Below are positions 1-7,029 of a stretch of 28,571 bases of DNA, piece after piece; position 1 is the first letter of the stretch, and each line of letters starts with the position of its first letter. A model generated the notes under the pieces. It did no database searches. It saw only the letters and a list, made by a program, of their open reading frames with translations, and was not told where the DNA came from. The stretch comes from a virus (taxonomy: Duplodnaviria > Caudoviricetes). The translations under genes were made by a program, and so were the position numbers. The DNA is taken from the IMG/VR virus record IMGVR_UViG_3300020044_003285, positions 1 through 28,571 of that record; one strand, written 5' to 3'.

Positions 1-171
1 GTGCGTGGGACGTCGCGTGACTACGTGCCGGCGGGTAGGCCAGTCGGAGGGTAGACGTTCCTTCCGGGTAGAGCCTCGGTAGGGGGTGAGTCTATGTGTG
101 GGGCATCGTCCTTGGTAGGTGGCGTGTTCTCTGCACTTGGATTTTAGGCAGGGTGTTTGTGCTAGGGCCAT
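1..171 (-). CDS. HNH endonuclease (packaging-associated), N-terminal part, truncated at window edge
   Basis: Hand-translated from ATG at 171 (TAATG overlap with upstream stop): MALAQTPCLKSKCREHATYQGRCPTHRLTPYRGSTRKERLPSDWPTRR... The Cys/His start plus R-x-x-RLP-x-DW resembles HNH genes that precede terS. The HNH motif itself is not in the window. Confidence 0.6.
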   Translation of the reverse strand, partial: MALAQTPCLKSKCREHATYQGRCPTHRLTPYRGSTRKERLPSDWPTRRHVVTRRPTH

Positions 172-491
172 TAGTCGCTGGCTAGTTGAACATCGTTAGC
201 CCACCTGCGACCAGCGTCACCTCCCCATGCGTCCCATGCAACTCTTCCTGCTGATGGGTAGTTGCTTTCGCCTGTGTTGAATCCCGTTGCTCTGCGGTCT
301 ATCTCGTGTCGGGCGAAGTAGGATCGCATTCGGCTGATTGTTTCTTCTGATACTGGGTCACCGTTTGCTAGTTGTCGGGCGCGTGTTCGTCCCACCGCAG
401 TGAATCCTTGTCCTGCGCGGCCTTCTTCTATCCATGTGAGCGCTCTTTGAGCTGCTTCTCGTACCCCGGTTGGTGCTGTGAATGTTGCCAT
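171..491 (-). CDS. Conserved phage protein (PSAGRVAWDAWGGDAG motif), 106 aa
   Basis: Likely start is ATG 491 (TAATG overlap), not 584. I recall the motif from domains attached to phage head-morphogenesis proteins; function unknown. Confidence 0.7.
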   Translation of the reverse strand: MATFTAPTGVREAAQRALTWIEEGRAGQGFTAVGRTRARQLANGDPVSEETISRMRSYFARHEIDRRATGFNTGESNYPSAGRVAWDAWGGDAGRRWANDVQLASD

Positions 492-664
492 TAGTCTTCT
501 CCGTCTTCTGGTAACCACATTGCTTGGAGTAGGGCTTGGTCTGCTTCGGACTCGAGGACGTCTAGGAGTGTTGTGGGGTTGCATCGGTGTGACCTGCGCC
601 AGTCTTTGACGCGATCATATTGCCATGTGACTATGCCAGCACCGCAGGAGCATTGCTCTCTCAT
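491..664 (-). CDS. Small hypothetical protein, 57 aa (MREQCSCGAG...), probably leaderless
   Basis: Not in the ORF track; hand-translated. Fills the gap exactly, stop overlaps the next ATG, and TACACT lies 6 nt upstream of the ATG. Confidence 0.7.
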   Translation of the reverse strand: MREQCSCGAGIVTWQYDRVKDWRRSHRCNPTTLLDVLESEADQALLQAMWLPEDGED

Positions 665-676
665 GGTCTTAGTGTA
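665..676 (-). promoter_or_regulatory. -10 element TACACT of a putative leaderless late promoter
   Basis: TACACT-AAGACC-ATG. TANNNT-N6-ATG is the usual actinobacterial leaderless arrangement, and it sits just downstream of a terminator. Confidence 0.5.
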
Positions 677-689
677 TCGGCGCAGAGGG

Positions 690-722
690 AAACCCCACCC
701 AGCGTGTCGGCTAGGTGGGGCT
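690..722 (-). terminator. Intrinsic terminator after the 171-aa gene
   Basis: CCCCACCTAGC-cgacac-GCTGGGTGGGG-TTT: 11-bp stem with one G-U pair, about 12 nt after the stop. Confidence 0.75.
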
Positions 723-732
723 TCTGTTGGGT

Positions 733-1248
733 TTAGTTGTCAAGAAAGGTGAAGCGCTTGGCTGTCCACTGCGCGTCTGACCAGTTTGATTCAGCCAAGT
801 CCTGTGCGCGTTCCTTGTCGGCAATGTCAATGCCCAGCAATTGGATTGCGTGAAGGGCTTTCTCTGCGTAGTAGATGTGGTTCATGCTCTGGGTCAGGAA
901 GTCCTGCGCCTTGTTAACCTGCTCTTCGTGCGTTCCCATGTGGTGCGTCAGGCTGAGGTTGATGACGTAGGAGGTGTTTACCTTCTCCATTGCCTCCGTG
1001 TAAGCCTTGCGCTGGATGCGATACTGAGCAACGTCCGAAGGTGCTGTGGGTGCATTTCCGATTTCTGCGAGCGTAGCAACTGCCTTGTCGTAGTTCGTGT
1101 AGAGGCGGTCAATTGATTCCATAGCGCTCTTATAAGTGCTGTCGTATGCTTCGTAGTCACCGAGGCTGTAAAACCATGTGCCGCGGTGAGGGTTGGTGAT
1201 GGTGAACTTCCGGTAGTTCCGAGTCTGGGTCTTTGTGATTGTGTCCAT
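733..1248 (-). CDS. Hypothetical protein, 171 aa, in its own transcription unit
   Basis: ORF with AAAGGAAGG RBS, its own promoter and its own terminator; no recognised domain. Confidence 0.85.
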   Translation of the reverse strand: MDTITKTQTRNYRKFTITNPHRGTWFYSLGDYEAYDSTYKSAMESIDRLYTNYDKAVATLAEIGNAPTAPSDVAQYRIQRKAYTEAMEKVNTSYVINLSLTHHMGTHEEQVNKAQDFLTQSMNHIYYAEKALHAIQLLGIDIADKERAQDLAESNWSDAQWTAKRFTFLDN

Positions 1249-1293
1249 GATGTTGCCTTCCTTTGAGTTGTTGCCTTGCGGCCTTACCTATTC

Positions 1294-1322
1294 AGAATAG
1301 CGTTTATCTGCCAACAATGCAA
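1294..1322 (-). promoter_or_regulatory. SigA/sigma70-type promoter
   Basis: TTGCAT-17 nt-TATTCT in the intergenic region upstream of ATG 1248. Confidence 0.7.
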
Positions 1323-1350
1323 CTACGGCACGACAATAGATACACCTTTA

Positions 1351-1746
1351 TTAATAACGTTCCCTGCGCCCATCGGCATAGACCCGGTACAACGGTACGC
1401 GAGCGCCCAGTTCCTTCTTCAGTAGACCAAGGATGGTGATGTTGTTATCGGAGAAAGAGTCAAGGTTCAGGGTTCGAATCTTCTCCGCCTTCTTCGCCAC
1501 AATCTCTGACTCAGTACCAGACACATAGTAGATACCTTGAAAGTTTTCAAAGTTCTCAGTAAGCCATGTCCGGGTTGCGTCACGGTATTCCTGCCGATCG
1601 TGAGGTCGGGCCGTGATAACCACGAAGTCACCTGTTGGACGATAGTTGACTTCAGCCCGGGAGAACACGTTAGCCAGCCCTATCTGCCCAGCCAATTCAA
1701 AGTTAACGTCGGCAAGGGTATCGTCAAGGTCATATCCGGCAACCAT
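1351..1746 (-). CDS. HAD-superfamily phosphatase
   Basis: Motif I DLDDTL, motif II ITARP, Lys (AKKAE) and a degenerate motif IV FSDNN. Confidence 0.75.
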   Translation of the reverse strand: MVAGYDLDDTLADVNFELAGQIGLANVFSRAEVNYRPTGDFVVITARPHDRQEYRDATRTWLTENFENFQGIYYVSGTESEIVAKKAEKIRTLNLDSFSDNNITILGLLKKELGARVPLYRVYADGRRERY

Positions 1747-1853
1747 TACTCATTCACCTCGTCAAATAGGCCGCAGACAACACACTTAGTTATGCCGTCC
1801 TGTCCGATACGCAACCAGTGATGGTGGTGTTGTTCATTCAATTGGTTTTCCAT
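1746..1853 (-). CDS. Tiny His/Cys protein, 35 aa
   Basis: Hand-translated MENQLNEQHHHHWLRIGQDGITKCVVCGLFDEVNE; GGAAGG upstream and a TAATG overlap downstream. Confidence 0.6.
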   Translation of the reverse strand: MENQLNEQHHHHWLRIGQDGITKCVVCGLFDEVNE

Positions 1854-1854
1854 T

Positions 1855-2067
1855 TCAACCTTCCGTGTGACAGTCGCATCTGCAAACGTCAACAATTGTG
1901 GGTTCTATCTTTGAACGGTACTCGCCCGGGCAAGTAGCGCATTGACCTTTGCCAATACACCAGCCCAGAACAACTTTGAAGTTGTGGACGTGTGGGGAGT
2001 CGAACCCCAGTCCGTTCGTCGTTCCATCGCTGGTTTTACGCCGTCGAATACCAGTCACGCCCTTCAC
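1855..2067 (-). CDS. Cys-rich small protein; 5' half overlaps the tmRNA-like RNA
   Basis: The C-terminal GWC...CATC...CRCDCH looks protein-like, but the only conventional in-frame starts (GTG 2067, GTG 2058) lie at or inside the RNA gene. Confidence 0.4.
   Translation of the reverse strand: MKGVTGIRRRKTSDGTTNGLGFDSPHVHNFKVVLGWCIGKGQCATCPGEYRSKIEPTIVDVCRCDCHTEG
1985..2062 (-). ncRNA. Minimal tmRNA-like RNA (tRNA-like domain only, alanine-type acceptor)
   Basis: Acceptor stem GGGCGUG/CACGUCC with G3-U and discriminator A; tmRNA-type D region ACUGGUAUUCGAC; GAC linker; T arm UGGGG-UUCGACU-CCCCA; no anticodon arm and no tag ORF. Confidence 0.8.
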
Positions 2068-2069
2068 CT

Positions 2070-2252
2070 TCAGTCTACCGATCGCAAGTGACGTGCCGGG
2101 TGGGTAGGCGTACTTTTTGTATCCACTTTGCGGTTAGCAATTGCGAAACCGCTACCGACCACGGCGAACACAAAGATAAAGAAGATGACCAGCACCATCA
2201 GCAGTACGACAAGCACCCCGGCGAGAATGCTTGCCACCTCCCAAATCCACAT
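2070..2252 (-). CDS. Small membrane protein
   Basis: Long hydrophobic N-terminal stretch; TAATG overlap with ssb. Confidence 0.65.
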   Translation of the reverse strand: MWIWEVASILAGVLVVLLMVLVIFFIFVFAVVGSGFAIANRKVDTKSTPTHPARHLRSVD

Positions 2253-2632
2253 TAGAAAGGGGCCTCAGTGCTGGCAGGGGTAGCCTGTGCCGCAGCTTGC
2301 CACTCTGGCCCTTTAGCCATACCTGCTTCAAGCGCAACAGTTGCCGCGTTGACGGTGAGGTTGTAATACTTCTTCCCATTGGATTCCGAGGCGAGCGTAA
2401 CTTCCACCCCGGTAACATCAACACGATCGCCCTTCTTGAACTGCGTGAAGTCAATCTCCGTGCCATAGGCTGCGCGAACGGTACGCCACGTGCGACCAAC
2501 CGTTTCCCACTCGTTGGTCTTCTCGTTCTTACGGCTGTGCAACTCCACAACCTTCATACCCCACTTCGGGTGCTGGTCTTCAGTCGCAGACCACGGATCA
2601 ACAAATCCGGTGAACTCAATCTTTGCCATCAT
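2252..2632 (-). CDS. ssb: Single-stranded DNA-binding protein
   Basis: OB-fold-like KKGDRVDVTG, NEWET...TW segment and C-terminal EAPF tail. Confidence 0.8.
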   Translation of the reverse strand: MMAKIEFTGFVDPWSATEDQHPKWGMKVVELHSRKNEKTNEWETVGRTWRTVRAAYGTEIDFTQFKKGDRVDVTGVEVTLASESNGKKYYNLTVNAATVALEAGMAKGPEWQAAAQATPASTEAPF

Positions 2633-3077
2633 GTTCCTTCCCGAGCAATATGTCCATTGCTCGTTGTTCCTGACGCTTTGTAAAGAGCGCCATTTCTATT
2701 CCCCGGGTCATCACGATTGGTGTCCCTTCGTCCCCTGCTACTTGGGCAGGAATAACATCAACTTCAGGTTGTATTATCTGTTCAATGCTAGGTGCTGCCA
2801 CGGACACGAAATGCCCTAAGTTACCTGAAGGATTAGTTCTCAGTCGTTGATTGAGAGTCTTTGCTCGCGAATCTTTCCAGATATAGCGCGTCGAAGACGG
2901 TAGTGGTTTCGGAGGGATAACAATTGCGTCCCAGTCGATATTAATGAAACTCCCATGCGACATAGGAATTGGTTTTGATATTGCCTCTTTAGAAATCCGA
3001 TTAATAACATCATCAAATGTCTCGCCTTCTTGTCCTAGTAGTTCGACGGTTGCCCATCGTTCGAATGAATCGTCCAT
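2616..3077 (-). CDS. Hypothetical protein, AT-richer than its neighbours
   Basis: Fills the gap on the coding strand; GETFDDVINR resembles ribbon-helix-helix helix 2. Start uncertain. Confidence 0.5.
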   Translation of the reverse strand: MDDSFERWATVELLGQEGETFDDVINRISKEAISKPIPMSHGSFINIDWDAIVIPPKPLPSSTRYIWKDSRAKTLNQRLRTNPSGNLGHFVSVAAPSIEQIIQPEVDVIPAQVAGDEGTPIVMTRGIEMALFTKRQEQRAMDILLGKEHDGKD

Positions 3078-3086
3078 GTCAATATC

Positions 3087-4274
3087 CTAGACCACACGTA
3101 GATCGGTAAAGGTATCTCCGTCAGTAATAAGCGTCAGCCCACCGCGCACCCCAAGGTCACCGGTCTTGTGTCTCCACCACGTTGATTCCGATTCAAAGGT
3201 AGGAACACAGATTACCGTGCGCCCACGCTTTGTTTGAATTGAGAACTCGTGTTCGTGTCCATGAAATAGGAAAGAAGCGGCCCCAGCGGATTGGAAATTG
3301 AACGTTTGCCCTTTCCACCATTCCATTGACTTGCCTCGAGACCATTGGTGACCATGCGCCATTGTTACGATTGACGATCCGACCTCCCGGGTCATAAAGG
3401 ATTCGTCGTTCTGAGGAACATAAACCGACACGTGGGAATAGGTGTCTGGGTTCATCAAGAGTGCGTCGTGAAGTGAAATAGCCGACTCAGTTGCGTGACC
3501 GTCATCAGCGCGTGTTGCTTGAAAGCGTTGGGTCTCATCATGGTTTCCGTTGACTACGGAGAGTTGCAGCTCTGGTGCGTCAAGGAATCCGTCTACCGCG
3601 TACTTCATCATCCGTCTAAAGAGTCGATACTGCTCCGTGACCGTAAGACTCGTGCGCCACATATTTCGACCGTTCTGCGACACATTTCCCTCGCACGAAT
3701 CCCCAGCGAATAGAACATGGACGTTTGCGATTGATCGTGAGCGACGAAGCCGACGGTACTCTGCCACGGCCTTATCAACGGAAGCAACGAAAGCGTTGAT
3801 TGTCCCCTCTACGCCGTCCCCATCCATCTTCCCCAGCTGCAGGTCACCTACAAGGAACTGAAACACGCCCTCGCCCTTCGCTTCGACCTGTTTCACCGGG
3901 CGTCGCTTTTCGACCGAAGCAATGATTTCGTCCAACTTGAACTTTGAAGCAATCGGTTCGACGATGAACTTGTAATACCAAACTGGTCGGGTGACCGCGT
4001 TCTTCTGGTCGGGGTCATCGCGTGTCCAACCAGCCGTGTTGTGTCGAGACTCGACTAGGCGTACCCGGTAGCCGTCAGGAACTATGCCACCGTTAGCCCG
4101 GACAAACTCTGCCATGTCATCTTCACTTCTAAGATGCTGGTCTGTTGTCGCGGTAATTGTTGCCGTTTGAGGGTCGTGCGGTGCGTACTCCGCCTGAAAG
4201 TTGAATTGGCGTGGGTCTATCTTTCCCGACGGCTCGTTCGCTGCCGGGGTCGAAAGAGCGTCACGGATACTCAT
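3087..4274 (-). CDS. Calcineurin-like metallophosphoesterase (Mre11/SbcD-like fold)
   Basis: Motifs GDLQLGK, GDSCEG, GNHDE, AHGH and HGHEH in the expected order. Confidence 0.85.
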   Translation of the reverse strand: MSIRDALSTPAANEPSGKIDPRQFNFQAEYAPHDPQTATITATTDQHLRSEDDMAEFVRANGGIVPDGYRVRLVESRHNTAGWTRDDPDQKNAVTRPVWYYKFIVEPIASKFKLDEIIASVEKRRPVKQVEAKGEGVFQFLVGDLQLGKMDGDGVEGTINAFVASVDKAVAEYRRLRRSRSIANVHVLFAGDSCEGNVSQNGRNMWRTSLTVTEQYRLFRRMMKYAVDGFLDAPELQLSVVNGNHDETQRFQATRADDGHATESAISLHDALLMNPDTYSHVSVYVPQNDESFMTREVGSSIVTMAHGHQWSRGKSMEWWKGQTFNFQSAGAASFLFHGHEHEFSIQTKRGRTVICVPTFESESTWWRHKTGDLGVRGGLTLITDGDTFTDLRVV

Positions 4275-4501
4275 AGCCGGTTGCTGTGCTTCCCTCTACG
4301 ATGCTCTGTCAAAGGGTGATGAGTAACTGGGATCCCAAACGGCTCAAGGCGGCGAAGCAAATCGCTAGTTGTGAGGTTGGACGCATAGAACTCAATGATT
4401 GCGGCCCGATCGTCTGCATCCAAAGATAAAAGCCATTCACAATACGTGCATTTTGTTCGCACCACGATAGGCGCTTCCAAAGCCTTCCGTAATTCACTCA
4501 T
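4271..4501 (-). CDS. Small Cys/His protein coupled to the phosphoesterase gene
   Basis: CTYC...HRRGKH; overlaps both neighbours (ATGA with the phosphoesterase start). Confidence 0.75.
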   Translation of the reverse strand: MSELRKALEAPIVVRTKCTYCEWLLSLDADDRAAIIEFYASNLTTSDLLRRLEPFGIPVTHHPLTEHRRGKHSNRL

Positions 4502-4835
4502 GTTTTGATTCTATCCTCAACGTCTGGAACTTCTCCGATTTCAACAAATCATCAGGGTTAGCACCCTCGTCGCGGACAAGCAGGGTGTATTCAGCCATCA
4601 ACTGTCGGTGTTCGTATTCGCGGCGCTTGCCAATCTTCTCCAAGCCCAGCACGATTTTATGGGGTGTCAGGTATTCGTCCGAACTCCTGAAGTGCGTGAA
4701 CATCGCCTCAGACGCATCTTCGAAATCAAACTCCCCGATTACGATGAACCACGCCTCAACCGTTTCAGTTCCCACGGTGCGGTTATCAATCGCGGAAGCC
4801 ATCGTGAGTAGTTTTGCCACCTCTGTTTTATTCAT
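4494..4835 (-). CDS. Putative helicase loader/inhibitor (SPP1 G39P-like)
   Basis: MNKTEVAKLL..A.AIDNR...VEAW pattern; lies downstream of the RepA-like initiator. Confidence 0.6.
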   Translation of the reverse strand: MNKTEVAKLLTMASAIDNRTVGTETVEAWFIVIGEFDFEDASEAMFTHFRSSDEYLTPHKIVLGLEKIGKRREYEHRQLMAEYTLLVRDEGANPDDLLKSEKFQTLRIESKHE

Positions 4836-5007
4836 TGTCCCTTCCTTCCAGTATTTTGATTAGTTCGTCCCGGGGAATGTACGGCCCGAAGAAGTCCAAA
4901 GCGACCGGCGCGTTTTCAATTGCTTCGCGGATCCGTTTCGCTTCTTCTGCCACACCGTGATAGTAGCCGTCGAGCCAGCGAATATCGGCAACTCGGTCTT
5001 CATTCAT
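4828..5007 (-). CDS. Hypothetical protein, 59 aa
   Basis: Start ATG 5007 (ATGA overlap, AAGGA RBS). Confidence 0.65.
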   Translation of the reverse strand: MNEDRVADIRWLDGYYHGVAEEAKRIREAIENAPVALDFFGPYIPRDELIKILEGRDNE

Positions 5008-5483
5008 GGGAGTTCCTTGATAAATAACAACCAATGTGTCTGCATTCTTTTGCCAGAGGGGTGTCCGATGATTGGCTGTTGGCCAGCCAACTGGATAACT
5101 TGTCTAGTTGGGATTGAATACTCATTCCATTTGAATATCAAAACTCCATTTTCCTTGAGTACCCGGAAACATTCAGAGAATCCTTGAGCAATGTCTTCTT
5201 GCCAAGTGGTCTTATCCAGTACGCCATATTTTTTTCGTAACCAGCTCTTTTCGGTCAGACCAGTTAGATGAGGTGGGTCAAATATCACGGTGTTATATGA
5301 CTCGTCTGCAAATGGTAGTGATCTAAAGTCCATTACCATGTCCGGTTTGATTACAATGGTCTGTCCGTTGGTTAATAGATGTTCTTCGTTTTCTCGTATA
5401 TCCCCAAACATCACTCTCGGGTCTTGTTTGTCAAAATAGAAAGCTCTTCCACCAGATGCCGGATCTAATATTGTTTTATTCAT
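5004..5483 (-). CDS. SAM-dependent amino-methyltransferase (probable m6A/m4C DNA MTase)
   Basis: ILDPASGGR SAM-binding motif, FDPPHL catalytic motif, ECFRVLK..G.LIFKWNE. Confidence 0.8.
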   Translation of the reverse strand: MNKTILDPASGGRAFYFDKQDPRVMFGDIRENEEHLLTNGQTIVIKPDMVMDFRSLPFADESYNTVIFDPPHLTGLTEKSWLRKKYGVLDKTTWQEDIAQGFSECFRVLKENGVLIFKWNEYSIPTRQVIQLAGQQPIIGHPSGKRMQTHWLLFIKELP

Positions 5484-6106
5484 GCCAGTTCCTTCCTGTC
5501 CGTAGCCTCCGCGTTTGCGAAGACCTGCACTACCGAAAGATTCTGGGCCGCCTTAGTTGTAGCCGCCGGACGAGAACCCCTCGACCTTGAATCACTAAAC
5601 ACTCGACGCATCCAGTTCTTCCAAGTCCTATCCCAATCTAACTTTGTAGCCCCAGCACCTGCCTTTGAGACCCAGTAGTCGACGAAGTGATCCGTGTGGG
5701 CAATAACATCCAGCCCGGGGAACTCAGTCTTTGACCAGCGCACCAACTCATCGTTCGGTTTCCAATCTGCGTCAAGCCTTGAAGCGCGTGGGGAAGTACC
5801 CGATCGGCGTTCCCTAGCTGCTTCACGCTCCGCCAGCACCTTCTCCTTGACCGGCTGATACTCGTGCCAATCCTTGAACTGGTAGCCGTCCTCTTCGCGA
5901 TACCACAAACCGACCGTTACGAGTTTGTCTGCGAGCGCCAAACCGTCCCCGGTAAGCACCTCAATGATGGGGTCGGGTACGAAGCCGTCCGTTAGTTGTT
6001 GTCCCGACCACGAACCTGCGCGAACCCACAGCCCCATCGCAGAATTACCTGCCATGATCACCTTCGGGTTGAGCGCGAGGTTATCGTCCACTTTGAACCA
6101 TGTCAC
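5480..6106 (-). CDS. RepA-like replication initiator
   Basis: Likely start GTG 6106 (GAAGGCAAA upstream). WFKVDD...PKV...GLW...TDG...GLW...FKDW.EYQP N-domain and DW.P...F.DYW...KLDW..TWKNW C-domain. Confidence 0.75.
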   Translation of the reverse strand: MTWFKVDDNLALNPKVIMAGNSAMGLWVRAGSWSGQQLTDGFVPDPIIEVLTGDGLALADKLVTVGLWYREEDGYQFKDWHEYQPVKEKVLAEREAARERRSGTSPRASRLDADWKPNDELVRWSKTEFPGLDVIAHTDHFVDYWVSKAGAGATKLDWDRTWKNWMRRVFSDSRSRGSRPAATTKAAQNLSVVQVFANAEATDRKELA

Positions 6107-6125
6107 TTTGCCTTCACTTCTCTTT

Positions 6126-6452
6126 CTATTGTTCGACGGCACGAATGCCACCGTCATTGGTCAAATACACGAGGCCGTGTACCGAGTGCATTATTGGTGT
6201 CTCCGCCGGGTTGGCGTACTTGCTGATTTTTACGCCTCGAGCCAGCGCTTCTGTTTGTAGATCATGTTCGACCCGACCGTTCAGGATCGAATCCAACCAG
6301 ACGAGGTTCGCAATTTCGTGCTTCCCACCGCCCATGCCGCGGTTTGCACGGTGGTGCGGTACAAGCGTGTCCGACTCAAGACCTGAGTAGGCGCACACGT
6401 GACCGTCACGCCGATCAAGAGCTGCAAGCATTGTTTTAGGCACGGCGCTCAC
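6126..6452 (-). CDS. HNH-family endonuclease
   Basis: Start GTG 6452 (GTGA overlap). RRDGHVCAYSG...HHRANRGMGG...NLV...N; some Cys ligands are degenerate. Confidence 0.7.
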   Translation of the reverse strand: MSAVPKTMLAALDRRDGHVCAYSGLESDTLVPHHRANRGMGGGKHEIANLVWLDSILNGRVEHDLQTEALARGVKISKYANPAETPIMHSVHGLVYLTNDGGIRAVEQ

Positions 6453-6652
6453 ACGTATTCCGAACGGATGAACTGAGCCAGTTGCCGAGCCTTCCCATCG
6501 GGTACGCCGTTCTCCGTGAGGAGACGCTCTAAGGTTTTCACCTTTTCCGATTCCCGACTCCGCTGAACTCCCTGCCGATACTTCAACTGGGTCTCGCGGT
6601 GCTTCTCCCGGCAGTCCTCGCACCTGCAACCGCGACCGTATCCGTGTGCCAT
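6449..6652 (-). CDS. Small Zn-binding protein
   Basis: HG...GCRCEDC motif; overlaps both neighbours. Confidence 0.75.
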   Translation of the reverse strand: MAHGYGRGCRCEDCREKHRETQLKYRQGVQRSRESEKVKTLERLLTENGVPDGKARQLAQFIRSEYV

Positions 6653-7029
6653 TATTCTGCCTCTCCGTTGATGATGATTGATGTAGCCCCAAAGTTTGAT
6701 GTTGACTTGAAAATGTCGGCGTGAACAATCTGAGAATCATCATCATACGCCACACCGTTTAGTGCGTCGCAGACCAGTTTCGCAAGGTTATCCCAGTCCG
6801 ATCGTCGGCGGTCGGGCATCATAAAACCGATGCGTATTTCCACGTCACCCACAAACTTGATAATGCGACCGTGTAGGGCCGTGGAGGCAATCGCATAGGC
6901 TTCCACGATTAGTTTCTCCGCTTCCACAGTTTTAGCCGGGGTGTAAACGTGACCGTTTCTAGCCATGCGCGGCCGTTCTTTAGGCGTAGGCCGTCCTTCA
7001 ACAACCACTCGCACTTCGTATTCAGTCAT
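6652..7029 (-). CDS. rusA: RusA-family Holliday junction resolvase
   Basis: P.PKERPR, YTP, and catalytic DWDNLAKLVCDALNGVAYDDDSQI. Confidence 0.9.
   Translation of the reverse strand: MTEYEVRVVVEGRPTPKERPRMARNGHVYTPAKTVEAEKLIVEAYAIASTALHGRIIKFVGDVEIRIGFMMPDRRRSDWDNLAKLVCDALNGVAYDDDSQIVHADIFKSTSNFGATSIIINGEAE

Noticed and set aside
1985-2062. Ordinary tRNA, or an attP copy of host ssrA/tRNA
   Set aside because: No U8, no pairing anticodon stem and no U33 loop. Both halves of the acceptor stem are present and complementary, whereas attP cores usually copy only one end, and no integrase is seen.
6453-6755. N-terminal extension of the 209-aa HNH ORF
   Set aside because: Overlaps rusA and the Zn-binding gene; GTG 6452 in a GTGA overlap is the more plausible start.
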